Source: Candidatus Anoxychlamydiales bacterium (GTDB lineage Bacteria > Chlamydiota > Chlamydiia > Chlamydiales > SM23-39). Taken from it: DNA of 49,003 nucleotides. Made by a program: the position numbers and the translations under genes. The notes under the pieces were generated by a model. The model made no database searches and was not told the origin of the DNA. It saw only the letters and a list, made by a program, of their open reading frames with translations. The stretch is taken from contig JAAKFN010000001.1 of the NCBI GenBank assembly GCA_011065045.1, positions 1-49,003 of the forward strand, given 5' to 3'. Positions 33,532 through 43,100 of this stretch are shown in pieces (position 1 is the first letter of the stretch; each line of letters opens with the position of its first letter).

Positions 33532-33700
33532 TTAACCGAAGTGGTTAAATTATTTTTTCTATAGTATAGGAAAATTTAAAAAAATTAAGCATTTGATTTT
33601 TTTTTAATTTTTCAGATAAAATGTTTTGAGATATTGAAATCTTTAGATTGATTTTGAAAAAAAACGATTTTGCTTAAACCCTTAAATTTATGGTAGCTAA

Positions 33701-35122
33701 ATGATTATAACGTTTGATCAAATTATAACAAATATAGCTGTGGGAGATTTAGATTTACAAAACGATCTTCTTGAGGATGTTAGGAATAATAAGGCTCTTT
33801 TCGATGATCTAATTAAATATTATGAATATTTATGTAGAAATTTAAAATCGGTGCATTCTAATGATTTCAATAAAATGTTTGTTTTGATAAATATTTTAGT
33901 CTTGGCCAAAGGAGACAAAGCATTTAATTGTTTTTTCTCTTTCATAAATAAAATAAATAAACTTGAAGAAACTATATTTTACGAAGAGTTTAACATATTA
34001 GAAGTTTCATGTATTTTATATCAATGCGTAAAGAGCGAGTGGACTCTTTTGAAAAAGATAATTGAGCATCCAAATTTAGAAATGTTTTGGAAAATAATTG
34101 CTGTGGATGCTTTTTGTTATTGTGTGGCAGCAAAAAAAAACCCAAGAACAAATGCAATCAATTATCTCAAAAAAACGCTTTGCAAAAACATTGCTGAAAA
34201 TAAAGAATGCACTCATTTAGTATTTGCTTGTAATTTTATCAACCCTAAAGAGGTAATTGAAGAAATAAAAAATGCATATACAAGATTTTTAGTATCGGAT
34301 GCTATAACTATAGATGAAGTGTTAGATAGTGCAAAAATGCCCATTAAAAAATTAATGAAAGAGTTAAAAGATGCTCTTCCAACTAAAAACGATTGTTTAG
34401 AATCTCTTAGATACATGTTTTCTAGTAAAGGCGATAGAAATGTTGAAAACCCTACTAAACCTGCTGCGAAGAAAAAAAAGAAAGAGGAAAAGAATCTTAT
34501 TAATAATGAAAAGGATTTTTTGAAATCTCCTGTGGTTAATTTTTGCCTTCCTGCGATTCATTTTGATTTAAGTGAGAATCAATTATTGGATGAAATTGAA
34601 AAATCAGATCATGCTCTTTTATTAAAGTTCTTTGATCAAAATAAACCAGATAAAATTAATGAAAAAAGTTTTTCTCTAGTATTGTCGTTAAAAGAAAAAT
34701 ACTCCCATATACCACTGTTTTGGCATTTAATTGATGGAATTTACATGGTTAAAAACATGGTTGATAAATCCATTGAAATATTATTTTATATGGTAGAAAA
34801 ATTTCCAGATGATTTAATGACCAAAATAAAATATGGTGAATATCTTCTTAGGAGAGGAGAGTATGATAAAATTGCTAAATTTTTTGATAATAAATTCACT
34901 TTGCAATCCTTATATCCTGAAAAAGAGAGCTTTTTTATAGAGGATTTTCAAATATTTTCAAGTTTTATGATAGCATATTTTGCTACAATTGGAAAATTTA
35001 AAGAGGCTGATTTTTATTTAAATGGCTTGAAGCAGTTCTCTGATAATAAACAGGTAATTTCAGATCTAGAAGAGATGGTAGGAGATCTTCTTCACCGTCA
35101 TAAAAAAAAACTTTTAATTTGA
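33701..35122 (+). CDS. Hypothetical protein
   Basis: 473-aa ORF with a lysine-rich linker (KPAAKKKKKEEK) in the middle and a helical-repeat-looking C-terminal half. No family recognised. Confidence 0.5.
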   Translation: MIITFDQIITNIAVGDLDLQNDLLEDVRNNKALFDDLIKYYEYLCRNLKSVHSNDFNKMFVLINILVLAKGDKAFNCFFSFINKINKLEETIFYEEFNILEVSCILYQCVKSEWTLLKKIIEHPNLEMFWKIIAVDAFCYCVAAKKNPRTNAINYLKKTLCKNIAENKECTHLVFACNFINPKEVIEEIKNAYTRFLVSDAITIDEVLDSAKMPIKKLMKELKDALPTKNDCLESLRYMFSSKGDRNVENPTKPAAKKKKKEEKNLINNEKDFLKSPVVNFCLPAIHFDLSENQLLDEIEKSDHALLLKFFDQNKPDKINEKSFSLVLSLKEKYSHIPLFWHLIDGIYMVKNMVDKSIEILFYMVEKFPDDLMTKIKYGEYLLRRGEYDKIAKFFDNKFTLQSLYPEKESFFIEDFQIFSSFMIAYFATIGKFKEADFYLNGLKQFSDNKQVISDLEEMVGDLLHRHKKKLLI

Positions 35123-35321
35123 TTGATTCTAAGTTTTAAATTTAACGATTATTGTAAATTCCTATAGATTTTTCTGTAAGCCTCTAATTTAAAATAAAGC
35201 AAGTAATTCCCGTTAAAAAAAATCGCAATGTTGATTTTGAGGTGTTATTCATCTGGGATTTATTTAATTTAGCTTGGTTTTCAAAGCTCTGCCATAAGTT
35301 ATTGCATACAAGTGATATAAA

Positions 35322-35372
35322 GCTATAGCCGGCGAAATCTCTATGATTTGAGTAGATTTCGCTGACTATAGC
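35322..35372. promoter_or_regulatory. Imperfect long hairpin (gctatag-ccg-gcgaaatct / agatttcgc-tga-ctatagc)
   Basis: 7+9 bp stems separated by a 3-nt internal mismatch, with a 13-nt loop. Confidence 0.35.
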
Positions 35373-35444
35373 GCTAAAATGAGCTGTTTTTCAAAAAAAC
35401 ACTTGATTTTTAATGATATTTCTGTAAAATATGATGTTAAACCA

Positions 35445-35475
35445 GCGAAAACTACCTAATATTAGGTGATTTCGC
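35445..35475. promoter_or_regulatory. Hairpin/operator-like palindrome gcgaaaact-acctaatattaggt-gatttcgc just upstream of the ATPase RBS
   Basis: Perfect 14-bp palindrome acctaatattaggt flanked by the gcgaaa/tttcgc arms also used in the 35322..35372 hairpin. It ends 20 nt before the ATG at 35495. Confidence 0.4.
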
Positions 35476-35494
35476 CCGTAATAGGACGAAAATA

Positions 35495-36955
35495 ATGAAA
35501 AAAATTTGTGGAAGAGAGAAAGAACTTAAAATTTTACAAAAAATACTTTATTCCGAAAACCCAGAATTTTTAGCAGTTTATGGAAGAAGAAGGATAGGAA
35601 AAACTTATTTAATAGATCGGTTTTTTCAAGATAAAGGAATCTATTTTCATTTTACAGGGGTGAAAGGTGCTTCGACAAAGGAACATCTTAAACTATTTAG
35701 TTTTGCTTTAGAATCACGTTTGGTAATTGATGAAAAAGCACCGAATATTAAAACGTGGATTGAGGGTTTTAATTTTTTAAGAAAAAAAATATCAAAGATA
35801 GATAAAAACAAAAAAATTATTATTTTTTTCGATGAACTTCCTTGGATTGATACTCCAAAATCAGGATTTTTAAAATTTTTGGAACATTTTTGGAATGATT
35901 TTTTTTCGCGTAGACCTAATTCAATATTAATTGTATGTGGATCATCAGCTTTTTGGATGATTGAAAAAATTATACATAATAAAGGGGGGTTGCATAATCG
36001 TTTAACAGCAACCATACATTTGGAAGCGTTCAATTTAGGAGAAACTGAAAAATTTTTAAATTTTAAAAATATTGAATTAAATAAAAAACAAATTATTGAT
36101 TTATATATGGTTACGGGAGGAGTTGCTCAATATTTAACATATGTTGAAAGGGGGCAATCAGTAGCACAGATAATTCAAAATTTATGTTTTAAAAAAAACG
36201 CACCTTTAATGAAAGAATATCACGAACTTTTTGCTTCACTATTTGATGAACATAGTGAACATTTAGTTATTATAGAAGCTTTAGCAAATAAAAGATCTGG
36301 ACTAACTCAATCAGAAATTTTAAAAATAACAAAAAAATCTTCTGGAGGGTCTTTTTCAAAAATTTTGGAAGAATTAAAAGAGGCTGGATTTATTGATTTT
36401 ATTCCTGCATTTAACAAGAAAAAGAAAAATGGTAAATTTTTTTTAGTTGATGAATATTCATTTTTTTATCTTATTTGGCTTAAAGATTTTTCTAATTCTA
36501 ATTTTCAACCTTTAATGGAAGATTATTGGTTAGTCATGCAAGGAACAGCTAAATATGCTGTGTGGTCAGGATTTGCCTTTGAAACACTTTGTAGAACACA
36601 TTTATCGCAAATCATAAAAGCTTTAAACCTTCAAGTTGTAGCTATTAATGCTGTGAATTGGAGTTATATTTCTAAAAATAATAAAGATCGTGGAATTCAA
36701 ATAGATCTTATTATCGATCGAAGAGATGGCTGTATGAATATTTGCGAAATTAAGTTTCATAATAAAGAATTAACGTTTAGTTTCGAAGATGTAAAAAAAA
36801 TTAAATATAGAAGAGAAAATTTTAGAGAAGTATCTAAAACAAAAAAAGTTTTATTTAATACTCTGATATCAATTTATGGGGCAAAAAATAATTCTAATTT
36901 CCAAGAAGCATTTGATAATCAAGTGTTCATTGATGATCTTTTTAATACCTTTTGA
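35495..36955 (+). CDS. ATPase_2 (archaeal-type AAA) / DUF234 family ATP-binding protein
   Basis: GRE.EL..L, Walker A YGRRRIGKTYL, Walker B IIIFFDELPW, and a winged-helix-like middle (SGLTQSEILKITKKSSGGSFSKILEELKEAGFI). The C-terminal IDLIIDRRDG..NICEIKF is DUF234/restriction-endonuclease-like. Confidence 0.7.
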   Translation: MKKICGREKELKILQKILYSENPEFLAVYGRRRIGKTYLIDRFFQDKGIYFHFTGVKGASTKEHLKLFSFALESRLVIDEKAPNIKTWIEGFNFLRKKISKIDKNKKIIIFFDELPWIDTPKSGFLKFLEHFWNDFFSRRPNSILIVCGSSAFWMIEKIIHNKGGLHNRLTATIHLEAFNLGETEKFLNFKNIELNKKQIIDLYMVTGGVAQYLTYVERGQSVAQIIQNLCFKKNAPLMKEYHELFASLFDEHSEHLVIIEALANKRSGLTQSEILKITKKSSGGSFSKILEELKEAGFIDFIPAFNKKKKNGKFFLVDEYSFFYLIWLKDFSNSNFQPLMEDYWLVMQGTAKYAVWSGFAFETLCRTHLSQIIKALNLQVVAINAVNWSYISKNNKDRGIQIDLIIDRRDGCMNICEIKFHNKELTFSFEDVKKIKYRRENFREVSKTKKVLFNTLISIYGAKNNSNFQEAFDNQVFIDDLFNTF

Positions 36956-37039
36956 TAAATTTGATAAAAACCTTGCCCATTGCTGATAAAAGTTAAAAGA
37001 GATATTCTTAAATTATTAAAAAATTTGGGAGACTCTAAA

Positions 37040-38659
37040 ATGGTTACTACAGAAACTTTTACTAAAGAACAAATCGACATCTTAAAAAAATATGTCACGA
37101 ACACTTCGAGTAATATTTTCGTTTTAAAAAACCTTCCAGAAGTTATTAAAGGAGCTTTGTTTTCTAGATATTCTAGATCTTCATTAGGCTTAAGATCTCT
37201 TTTATTAAAAGATTTTATATTAAATGATGAGATCTCTTTTTCTCAGTTTGATCAAAGCAAAGATGAAAAAGAAGATGATGGATTAGCTGTTGAAAAGGCT
37301 AACAACTTTTATGATAGAATTTTAGATGGTTTTGGTGATGATTCAATAGGGGAGCTTGGCGGAGCTCATTTAGCTGTAGAAAATGTTTCTATTCTCGCTG
37401 CTAAAATTATTGAAGATTGTAGAATAGGCGGATCTCCTTTAGAGAAATCTACAAGATATATCTATTTCGATAAAAAAGTTGATGGTGAATATCTTTTTTA
37501 TAAAGAGCCAATTTTAATGACCTCTGCTTATAAAAAAATATATTTAGATACTTGCAATCACCTTTTTGATACCTATTCAAAATTGATTCCACCACTCACT
37601 AAAATAATAAAAAAAGATTTTCCAAGAGAAGAAAAAGTTTCTGAAGTTGCATATAAAGCAGCTCTTAGAGCAAAAGTTTTGGATTGTTTAAGAGGGCTTC
37701 TTCCAGCATCTACTTTAACCAATTTAGGAACTTATGGAAATGGTAGATACTATGAGAATTTAATTAGAAAATCCTCAACTCATAGTTTAGCTGAAATGCA
37801 AGAGATATCAAGAGATGTATATTCAGAGCTTTATAAAGAGATGCCATCTTTTGTAAAAAGAGCGGACCTTTCAAGCAAATATCAAATTTCTTATACAAGT
37901 TTTATTGAAAAGACTAGACAAAATCTGCAAATCTTATCAGATGAACACTCAAAATTAGTTGAAGAACACACAAACCCTGGTATATATTTAATAAATTCAG
38001 ATCCAGACGCGGTTGCAAAAGTAGCTGCTAGTCTGCTTTTTGAATTTAATCAATCATCTCTAGGAGCCTTTCAAAAGTATGCAAAAAGTTTATCTAATGA
38101 AGAGATTATAAGAATTTTTGAAGCTGCCTCTGTTCATAGAGAAAACAGAAGACATAAATCTTTTAGAGCTTTAGAAAATGCACCATTTACTTTTGAGATG
38201 GTAGCTGATTTTGGGATATATAGAGATCTTCAAAGACATAGAATGTTAACTCAAGAAAGGCAGCTTTTAACGTGTGATAACGGCTATTTTATTCCTAAAG
38301 AAATTATGGGAACAGAAATGGAAAAAGATTATGAAAATGCTATGAAAAGAGCAAAACAGACATATGACACCATTGCAGGTGAGCTAAAAGAAGAAGCTCA
38401 ATACATTGTTCCAATGGCATACAATTTACATTGGTATTTTAATATAAATTTAAGATCTCTTCAGTGGCTTTGTGAACTTAGATCAGGCGCTGCAGGACAT
38501 CAAAATTATAGATATGTTGCTCAAGAAATGGCAAAACAGGTATGCAAAAAATTTCCTGAATTTGAAAACTTTTTTAAATTTGTGGATTTTGAAGGTTATT
38601 CTTTAGGACGAATGGATCAAGAAATCAGAAGAGTAGAAAAAACTAGGGCGAGACGATGA
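37040..38659 (+). CDS. thyX: FAD-dependent thymidylate synthase ThyX, long (chlamydia-type) form
   Basis: ALFSRYSRS near the N-terminus and YRDLQRHRMLTQERQ (ThyX RHR motif region). Roughly 540 aa, like the long chlamydial ThyX. The ATG at 37040 is preferred over the ORF-track start at 36980. Confidence 0.7.
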   Translation: MVTTETFTKEQIDILKKYVTNTSSNIFVLKNLPEVIKGALFSRYSRSSLGLRSLLLKDFILNDEISFSQFDQSKDEKEDDGLAVEKANNFYDRILDGFGDDSIGELGGAHLAVENVSILAAKIIEDCRIGGSPLEKSTRYIYFDKKVDGEYLFYKEPILMTSAYKKIYLDTCNHLFDTYSKLIPPLTKIIKKDFPREEKVSEVAYKAALRAKVLDCLRGLLPASTLTNLGTYGNGRYYENLIRKSSTHSLAEMQEISRDVYSELYKEMPSFVKRADLSSKYQISYTSFIEKTRQNLQILSDEHSKLVEEHTNPGIYLINSDPDAVAKVAASLLFEFNQSSLGAFQKYAKSLSNEEIIRIFEAASVHRENRRHKSFRALENAPFTFEMVADFGIYRDLQRHRMLTQERQLLTCDNGYFIPKEIMGTEMEKDYENAMKRAKQTYDTIAGELKEEAQYIVPMAYNLHWYFNINLRSLQWLCELRSGAAGHQNYRYVAQEMAKQVCKKFPEFENFFKFVDFEGYSLGRMDQEIRRVEKTRARR

Positions 38660-39855
38660 AAAAGTTAAAACTTCAATCTGGAAGTGTTTTGGGTGGCATG
38701 CTACTCATTGCAGGTAGCTGCATTGGAGCTGGGATGTTAGCTCTTCCGGTATTGTTGGGGCTTACAGGTTTTTTTCCTTCAATAATACTTCTTTTAGTAG
38801 CTTGGGTTTTTATGACCTTTACAGGGCTTTTATTAATTGAAGTTAATGGTTGGTTTCATGAAAGAGTAAATATTATATCGATGTCTGAAAAAGCTTTTGG
38901 AAGAGCTGGTAAAATAATTAGCTGGGTATTATATCTATTTTTATTTTATTCGCTTTTAGTTGCCTATATTGCTGGTAGTGGAAAACTATTTTCATCATTT
39001 CTACCGTTTGCTATATCTCAAAATTTAACAAGTATTTTCTTTGTTATTTTCTTTGGTGTTATAGTTTATTTTGGAACAAAGGTTGTTGATTTTTCAAACC
39101 GTCTTTTAATGATAGGATTAATTGTAACCTATCTATTTATGATATTTTTAGGTATTTCAAAAATTCAGTTCTCTCTTTACACACACGTGAGTTTTAAATA
39201 TTTCTTATTACCACTCGCTGTTTTAGTTACTTCTTTTGGTTTTCATAATATGATTCCAACTGTGACCTCTTACATGAAAGGAGATCTTCAAAAAACAAAA
39301 AAAGCAATACTCGGGGGAAGTTTTTTTGCTCTTTTAATTTATCTATTTTGGATAATTTTAATTTTAGGAATTGTTCCGGTAGGTGGAAAATTTGGGTTAT
39401 ATGATGCGTTTATAGAGGGCAACGAAGCGACGATTTCACTTAGAAATGTTTTGCAATCTAAACTAGTTGTAACATTCGCTGCTTGGTTTTCCTTTTTTGC
39501 AGTTGTAACCTCTTTTTTAGCTCAATCCTTAGGTCTCATGCACTTTATAGCAGATGGTCTAAAAGTAAAGCCTGATCATAAAAATAACTGGTGGCTTATA
39601 ATTTTAGCAATTCTGCCCCCAACTATTTTTGCGCTTTCATACCCGGATATTTTTTTTAAAGCTCTTGGGTTTGCAGGAGCATACTGCGCTGTTATAATAT
39701 TTTGTATATTTCCCGCTTTAATGACGTGGATAGGTAGATACATTAATAAAGAAACAAGCTCATATCATGCAAAAGGCGGAAAAATTTCTTTAATATTGGT
39801 TTTACTATTTTCTTTTGTTATAATAGTTAACCAGCTCATTTCTTCTTTTAGGTAG
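38656..39855 (+). CDS. Aromatic amino-acid permease, Mtr/TnaB/TyrP (HAAAP) family, copy 1
   Basis: 399 aa and about 11 TM segments. N-terminal signature GGMLLIAGSCIGAGMLALPV. Size and topology are typical of the family. Confidence 0.75.
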   Translation: MKKLKLQSGSVLGGMLLIAGSCIGAGMLALPVLLGLTGFFPSIILLLVAWVFMTFTGLLLIEVNGWFHERVNIISMSEKAFGRAGKIISWVLYLFLFYSLLVAYIAGSGKLFSSFLPFAISQNLTSIFFVIFFGVIVYFGTKVVDFSNRLLMIGLIVTYLFMIFLGISKIQFSLYTHVSFKYFLLPLAVLVTSFGFHNMIPTVTSYMKGDLQKTKKAILGGSFFALLIYLFWIILILGIVPVGGKFGLYDAFIEGNEATISLRNVLQSKLVVTFAAWFSFFAVVTSFLAQSLGLMHFIADGLKVKPDHKNNWWLIILAILPPTIFALSYPDIFFKALGFAGAYCAVIIFCIFPALMTWIGRYINKETSSYHAKGGKISLILVLLFSFVIIVNQLISSFR

Positions 39856-39880
39856 ATATTAAACAAAAAGGTGCGAACCT

Positions 39881-41119
39881 ATGATAAAGACAAATAAATT
39901 TTTGGGATCCATTTTATTAATTTCAGGAACGACAATTGGTGCTGGAATGCTAGGTCTTCCTGTAATAACTGGTTTTGCAGGCTTTTTCCCAACTCTTTTT
40001 GTTTTGTTGTTCTTCTGGGGCTATATGCTAATTACTGCTTTTTTATATTTAGAAGCAAATCTATCCGTTAAAGGAAATGTGAATCTAGTTACCATGGCAG
40101 AGCATACCTTAGGTTTTTGGGGTAAAGCTGTAGCTTGGGTATTTTATTTATTACTTTTATATTCTCTAACAGCTGCTTACATGGCAGGATCTGCTCCTTT
40201 ATTTACAGAAGCTATAAAATATTTTACAGGATATACCCTTCCTCTATGGGCAGGGCCTCTTCCCTTAGTTGCTATTTTTGGAGTTTTCGTTTATTTGGGA
40301 TCTGCTAGCTCTGATTATATAAATAGGATATTGATGTTTGGGCTTATCGCTGCTTACTTAGTTTTGGCGATACTGCTTCCATCTCATACAGATTTTGATT
40401 TGATAAAGCATGTAGATAAAAAAGCTCTTGTATTTAGTTTTCCTATTTTATTAACCTCTTATGGGTTTCATATAATTATTCCAACGCTTACAAATTATAT
40501 GCGCCATGATGTCAAAAAAATGAAGCTAGCTTTGGTAATAGGTAGTTTAATTCCTTTAATAATCTATGTTGTATGGGAGTTTTTAGTATTAGGAACAGTA
40601 AAGCTAACAGGAGATAACTCTCTTGCTCAAATGTATGTAGAAGGGCAAGGATCAACAGCTCCTCTGATTAATAATTTGATTAACGTATTAAAACTTCCTT
40701 GGGTTGCTAAAATTGCTAATATTTTCTCTTTTTGTGCGATCATCACATCTTTTATTGGAGTGACACTTAGCTTAACAGACTTTTTATCAGATGGCTTTAA
40801 AATCAAAAGAAACAAAAAAGGTAGGCTCTTAGCTTGCGTCTTAACTTTTTTACCACCGTTAATCTTCTTATATGGTTATCAAAGAGTTTTTTTAACAGCT
40901 CTTCAATTCGCTGGAATTTTTGTTGCAGTGCTACTGTGTATTCTGCCAGCTTTAATGACATGGAAAGTGAAAGAAGCGAAATTTTATCAATCCTTTAAAG
41001 GACGAGTTTTACTAGTTGTTGTTATTTTAATTGCTCTTGCGATAATTGGATTAGATATTTTAGAGGAGATGGGGTTACTCAAAAATCTTATCAGCGGATA
41101 TCTGAATCAAAATGTTTAA
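39881..41119 (+). CDS. Aromatic amino-acid permease, Mtr/TnaB/TyrP (HAAAP) family, copy 2
   Basis: 412 aa with GSILLISGTTIGAGMLGLPV. It is collinear with copy 1 (tandem paralogs). Confidence 0.75.
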   Translation: MIKTNKFLGSILLISGTTIGAGMLGLPVITGFAGFFPTLFVLLFFWGYMLITAFLYLEANLSVKGNVNLVTMAEHTLGFWGKAVAWVFYLLLLYSLTAAYMAGSAPLFTEAIKYFTGYTLPLWAGPLPLVAIFGVFVYLGSASSDYINRILMFGLIAAYLVLAILLPSHTDFDLIKHVDKKALVFSFPILLTSYGFHIIIPTLTNYMRHDVKKMKLALVIGSLIPLIIYVVWEFLVLGTVKLTGDNSLAQMYVEGQGSTAPLINNLINVLKLPWVAKIANIFSFCAIITSFIGVTLSLTDFLSDGFKIKRNKKGRLLACVLTFLPPLIFLYGYQRVFLTALQFAGIFVAVLLCILPALMTWKVKEAKFYQSFKGRVLLVVVILIALAIIGLDILEEMGLLKNLISGYLNQNV

Positions 41120-43100
41120 GTTAACCACAGATTTTGAGCCAAAAGGTGATCAACCTCAGGCTATTGAAAAACTCACAAATGGTATAAAAGAAAAAAAAGA
41201 GAACCAAGTTCTTTTGGGTATCACAGGCTCCGGTAAAACCTTTACTATGGCAAGTGTTATTCAAAAAATTCAGAAACCCACACTAATTTTAGCTCATAAT
41301 AAAACTCTAGCAGCTCAGCTCTATCAAGAATTTAAAACGTTTTTTCCTGAAAATGCCGTTGAATATTTCGTCTCATACTACGATTACTATCAGCCAGAGG
41401 CTTATATAGCTAGAACAGACACTTATATAGAGAAGGACCTAGCTATCAATGATACAATCGATAAGATGAGACTCAGCGCGACTCGCTCTTTAATCGAAAG
41501 AGATGATGTTATAATAGTCTCTTCGATCTCTTGTATATATGGACTTGGTATTCCAGAGTATTACTCTCAAATGATCTTATCTTTAAAAGTAGGGCAAGAA
41601 ATCCGGCGTGATGATGTGCTTCTTCACTTAGTTGAGCTGCACTATAAAAGAAATGATTATGATCTATCTCGTGCAAATTTCAGAGTCAGAGGAGATGTTT
41701 TAGAGATAGTTCCGGCTTACGAAGATGATATAGCTTATCGTATTGAATTTTTCGGAGATGAGATAGAGAGAATATCTATCATAGATCCTTTAACTGCTCA
41801 GATATTTAAAAGAGTAGAAAAAATTGAAATTTTTCCAGGATCTCACTTTGTAACTCCTGAAGATGTAAGATTTTTAGCAATAAATAGCATCAGAAAAGAG
41901 CTAGAAGATAGAATTAATTTTTTCGAAAAAGAAAATAAACTTATCGAAAAACAAAGAATCAAAGAAAGAACCATCTACGATATTGAAATGATGAAAGAGA
42001 TGGGGTTTTGCAAAGGTGTAGAGAATTATTCAAGGCATTTCTCTAAAAGACTTCCTGGGCAGCCATCTCCTTGTCTTATGGATTATTTCCCAAAAGATTT
42101 TTTGATGTTTATAGATGAGTCTCATCAAAGCATTCCTCAAATGAGGGCTATGTACAATGGTGATAGATCAAGAAAAGAGTCTTTAATTGAGTTCGGGTTT
42201 CGTCTTCCTTCAGCTTACGATAATAGACCTCTTAAGTTCGATGAGGTTTTTGAAAAGATAAATCAAGTAATTTATGTATCAGCAACTCCATCTGATTTTG
42301 AAATTACTCAATCTCAAGGTGAAATAGTCGAGCAAATTATAAGACCCACCGGTCTTTTAGATCCAAAAATTGAAATAAAAAAAGCAACAGGTCAAGTAGA
42401 TGATATTTTAGAAGAGATTAGAAAAGAGAAAGAAAAAGGCGGAAAAGTTTTAGTTACAACTCTTACCAAAAGACTATCAGAGGATCTTTCTAAATTTTTA
42501 AACGACATTGATGTTAAAGCAAAATATCTTCACTCAGATATAGATACCCTAGAGCGTATAGCTATCATTAAAGATCTTCGGCTTGGAAAGTTCGATGTTT
42601 TAGTTGGAATCAATCTTTTAAGAGAAGGGCTTGATATTCCAGAAGTAACTTTGGTTGCAATACTCGATGCTGACAAGCAAGGGTTTTTAAGATCAGAGAC
42701 CGCTCTTATTCAAACCTGTGGAAGAGCTTCTAGAAACGTAGAAGGCAGAGTTATCATGTATGCAGACAATGAGACTCTAGCTATCAAACACACTCTTGCA
42801 ATAACTCAAAAAAGAAGAATTATTCAAGAAGAGTTCAACAAAAAGCATGGTATAACCCCTCAAACAGTAAAAAAAGCTAAAATCGAAACCTTAGAAGAGA
42901 CTTTTGGTATAAAAGAAGATATTGAAACAGATGTTAAAAAAATTGATCTTAGAAAAACTCATACAACTAAAGATCTCGAAGCTAAGATAAAAGAGATGAA
43001 AAAAGAGATGAAAAAAGCTGCAAAAGAGATGAGATTTGAAGATGCAGCAAAACTTAGAGACTTGATGCACTACTATCAAAACTTAGAAATAGTTAAATGA
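41112..43100 (+). CDS. uvrB: Excinuclease ABC subunit B
   Basis: F.P.GDQPQAI..L, Walker A GITGSGKTFT, YYDYYQPEAY, DESH, helicase C motifs LREGLDIPEV / QT.GRA.RN, and a C-terminal UVR domain (MRFEDAAKLRD). Confidence 0.95.
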   Translation: MFKLTTDFEPKGDQPQAIEKLTNGIKEKKENQVLLGITGSGKTFTMASVIQKIQKPTLILAHNKTLAAQLYQEFKTFFPENAVEYFVSYYDYYQPEAYIARTDTYIEKDLAINDTIDKMRLSATRSLIERDDVIIVSSISCIYGLGIPEYYSQMILSLKVGQEIRRDDVLLHLVELHYKRNDYDLSRANFRVRGDVLEIVPAYEDDIAYRIEFFGDEIERISIIDPLTAQIFKRVEKIEIFPGSHFVTPEDVRFLAINSIRKELEDRINFFEKENKLIEKQRIKERTIYDIEMMKEMGFCKGVENYSRHFSKRLPGQPSPCLMDYFPKDFLMFIDESHQSIPQMRAMYNGDRSRKESLIEFGFRLPSAYDNRPLKFDEVFEKINQVIYVSATPSDFEITQSQGEIVEQIIRPTGLLDPKIEIKKATGQVDDILEEIRKEKEKGGKVLVTTLTKRLSEDLSKFLNDIDVKAKYLHSDIDTLERIAIIKDLRLGKFDVLVGINLLREGLDIPEVTLVAILDADKQGFLRSETALIQTCGRASRNVEGRVIMYADNETLAIKHTLAITQKRRIIQEEFNKKHGITPQTVKKAKIETLEETFGIKEDIETDVKKIDLRKTHTTKDLEAKIKEMKKEMKKAAKEMRFEDAAKLRDLMHYYQNLEIVK

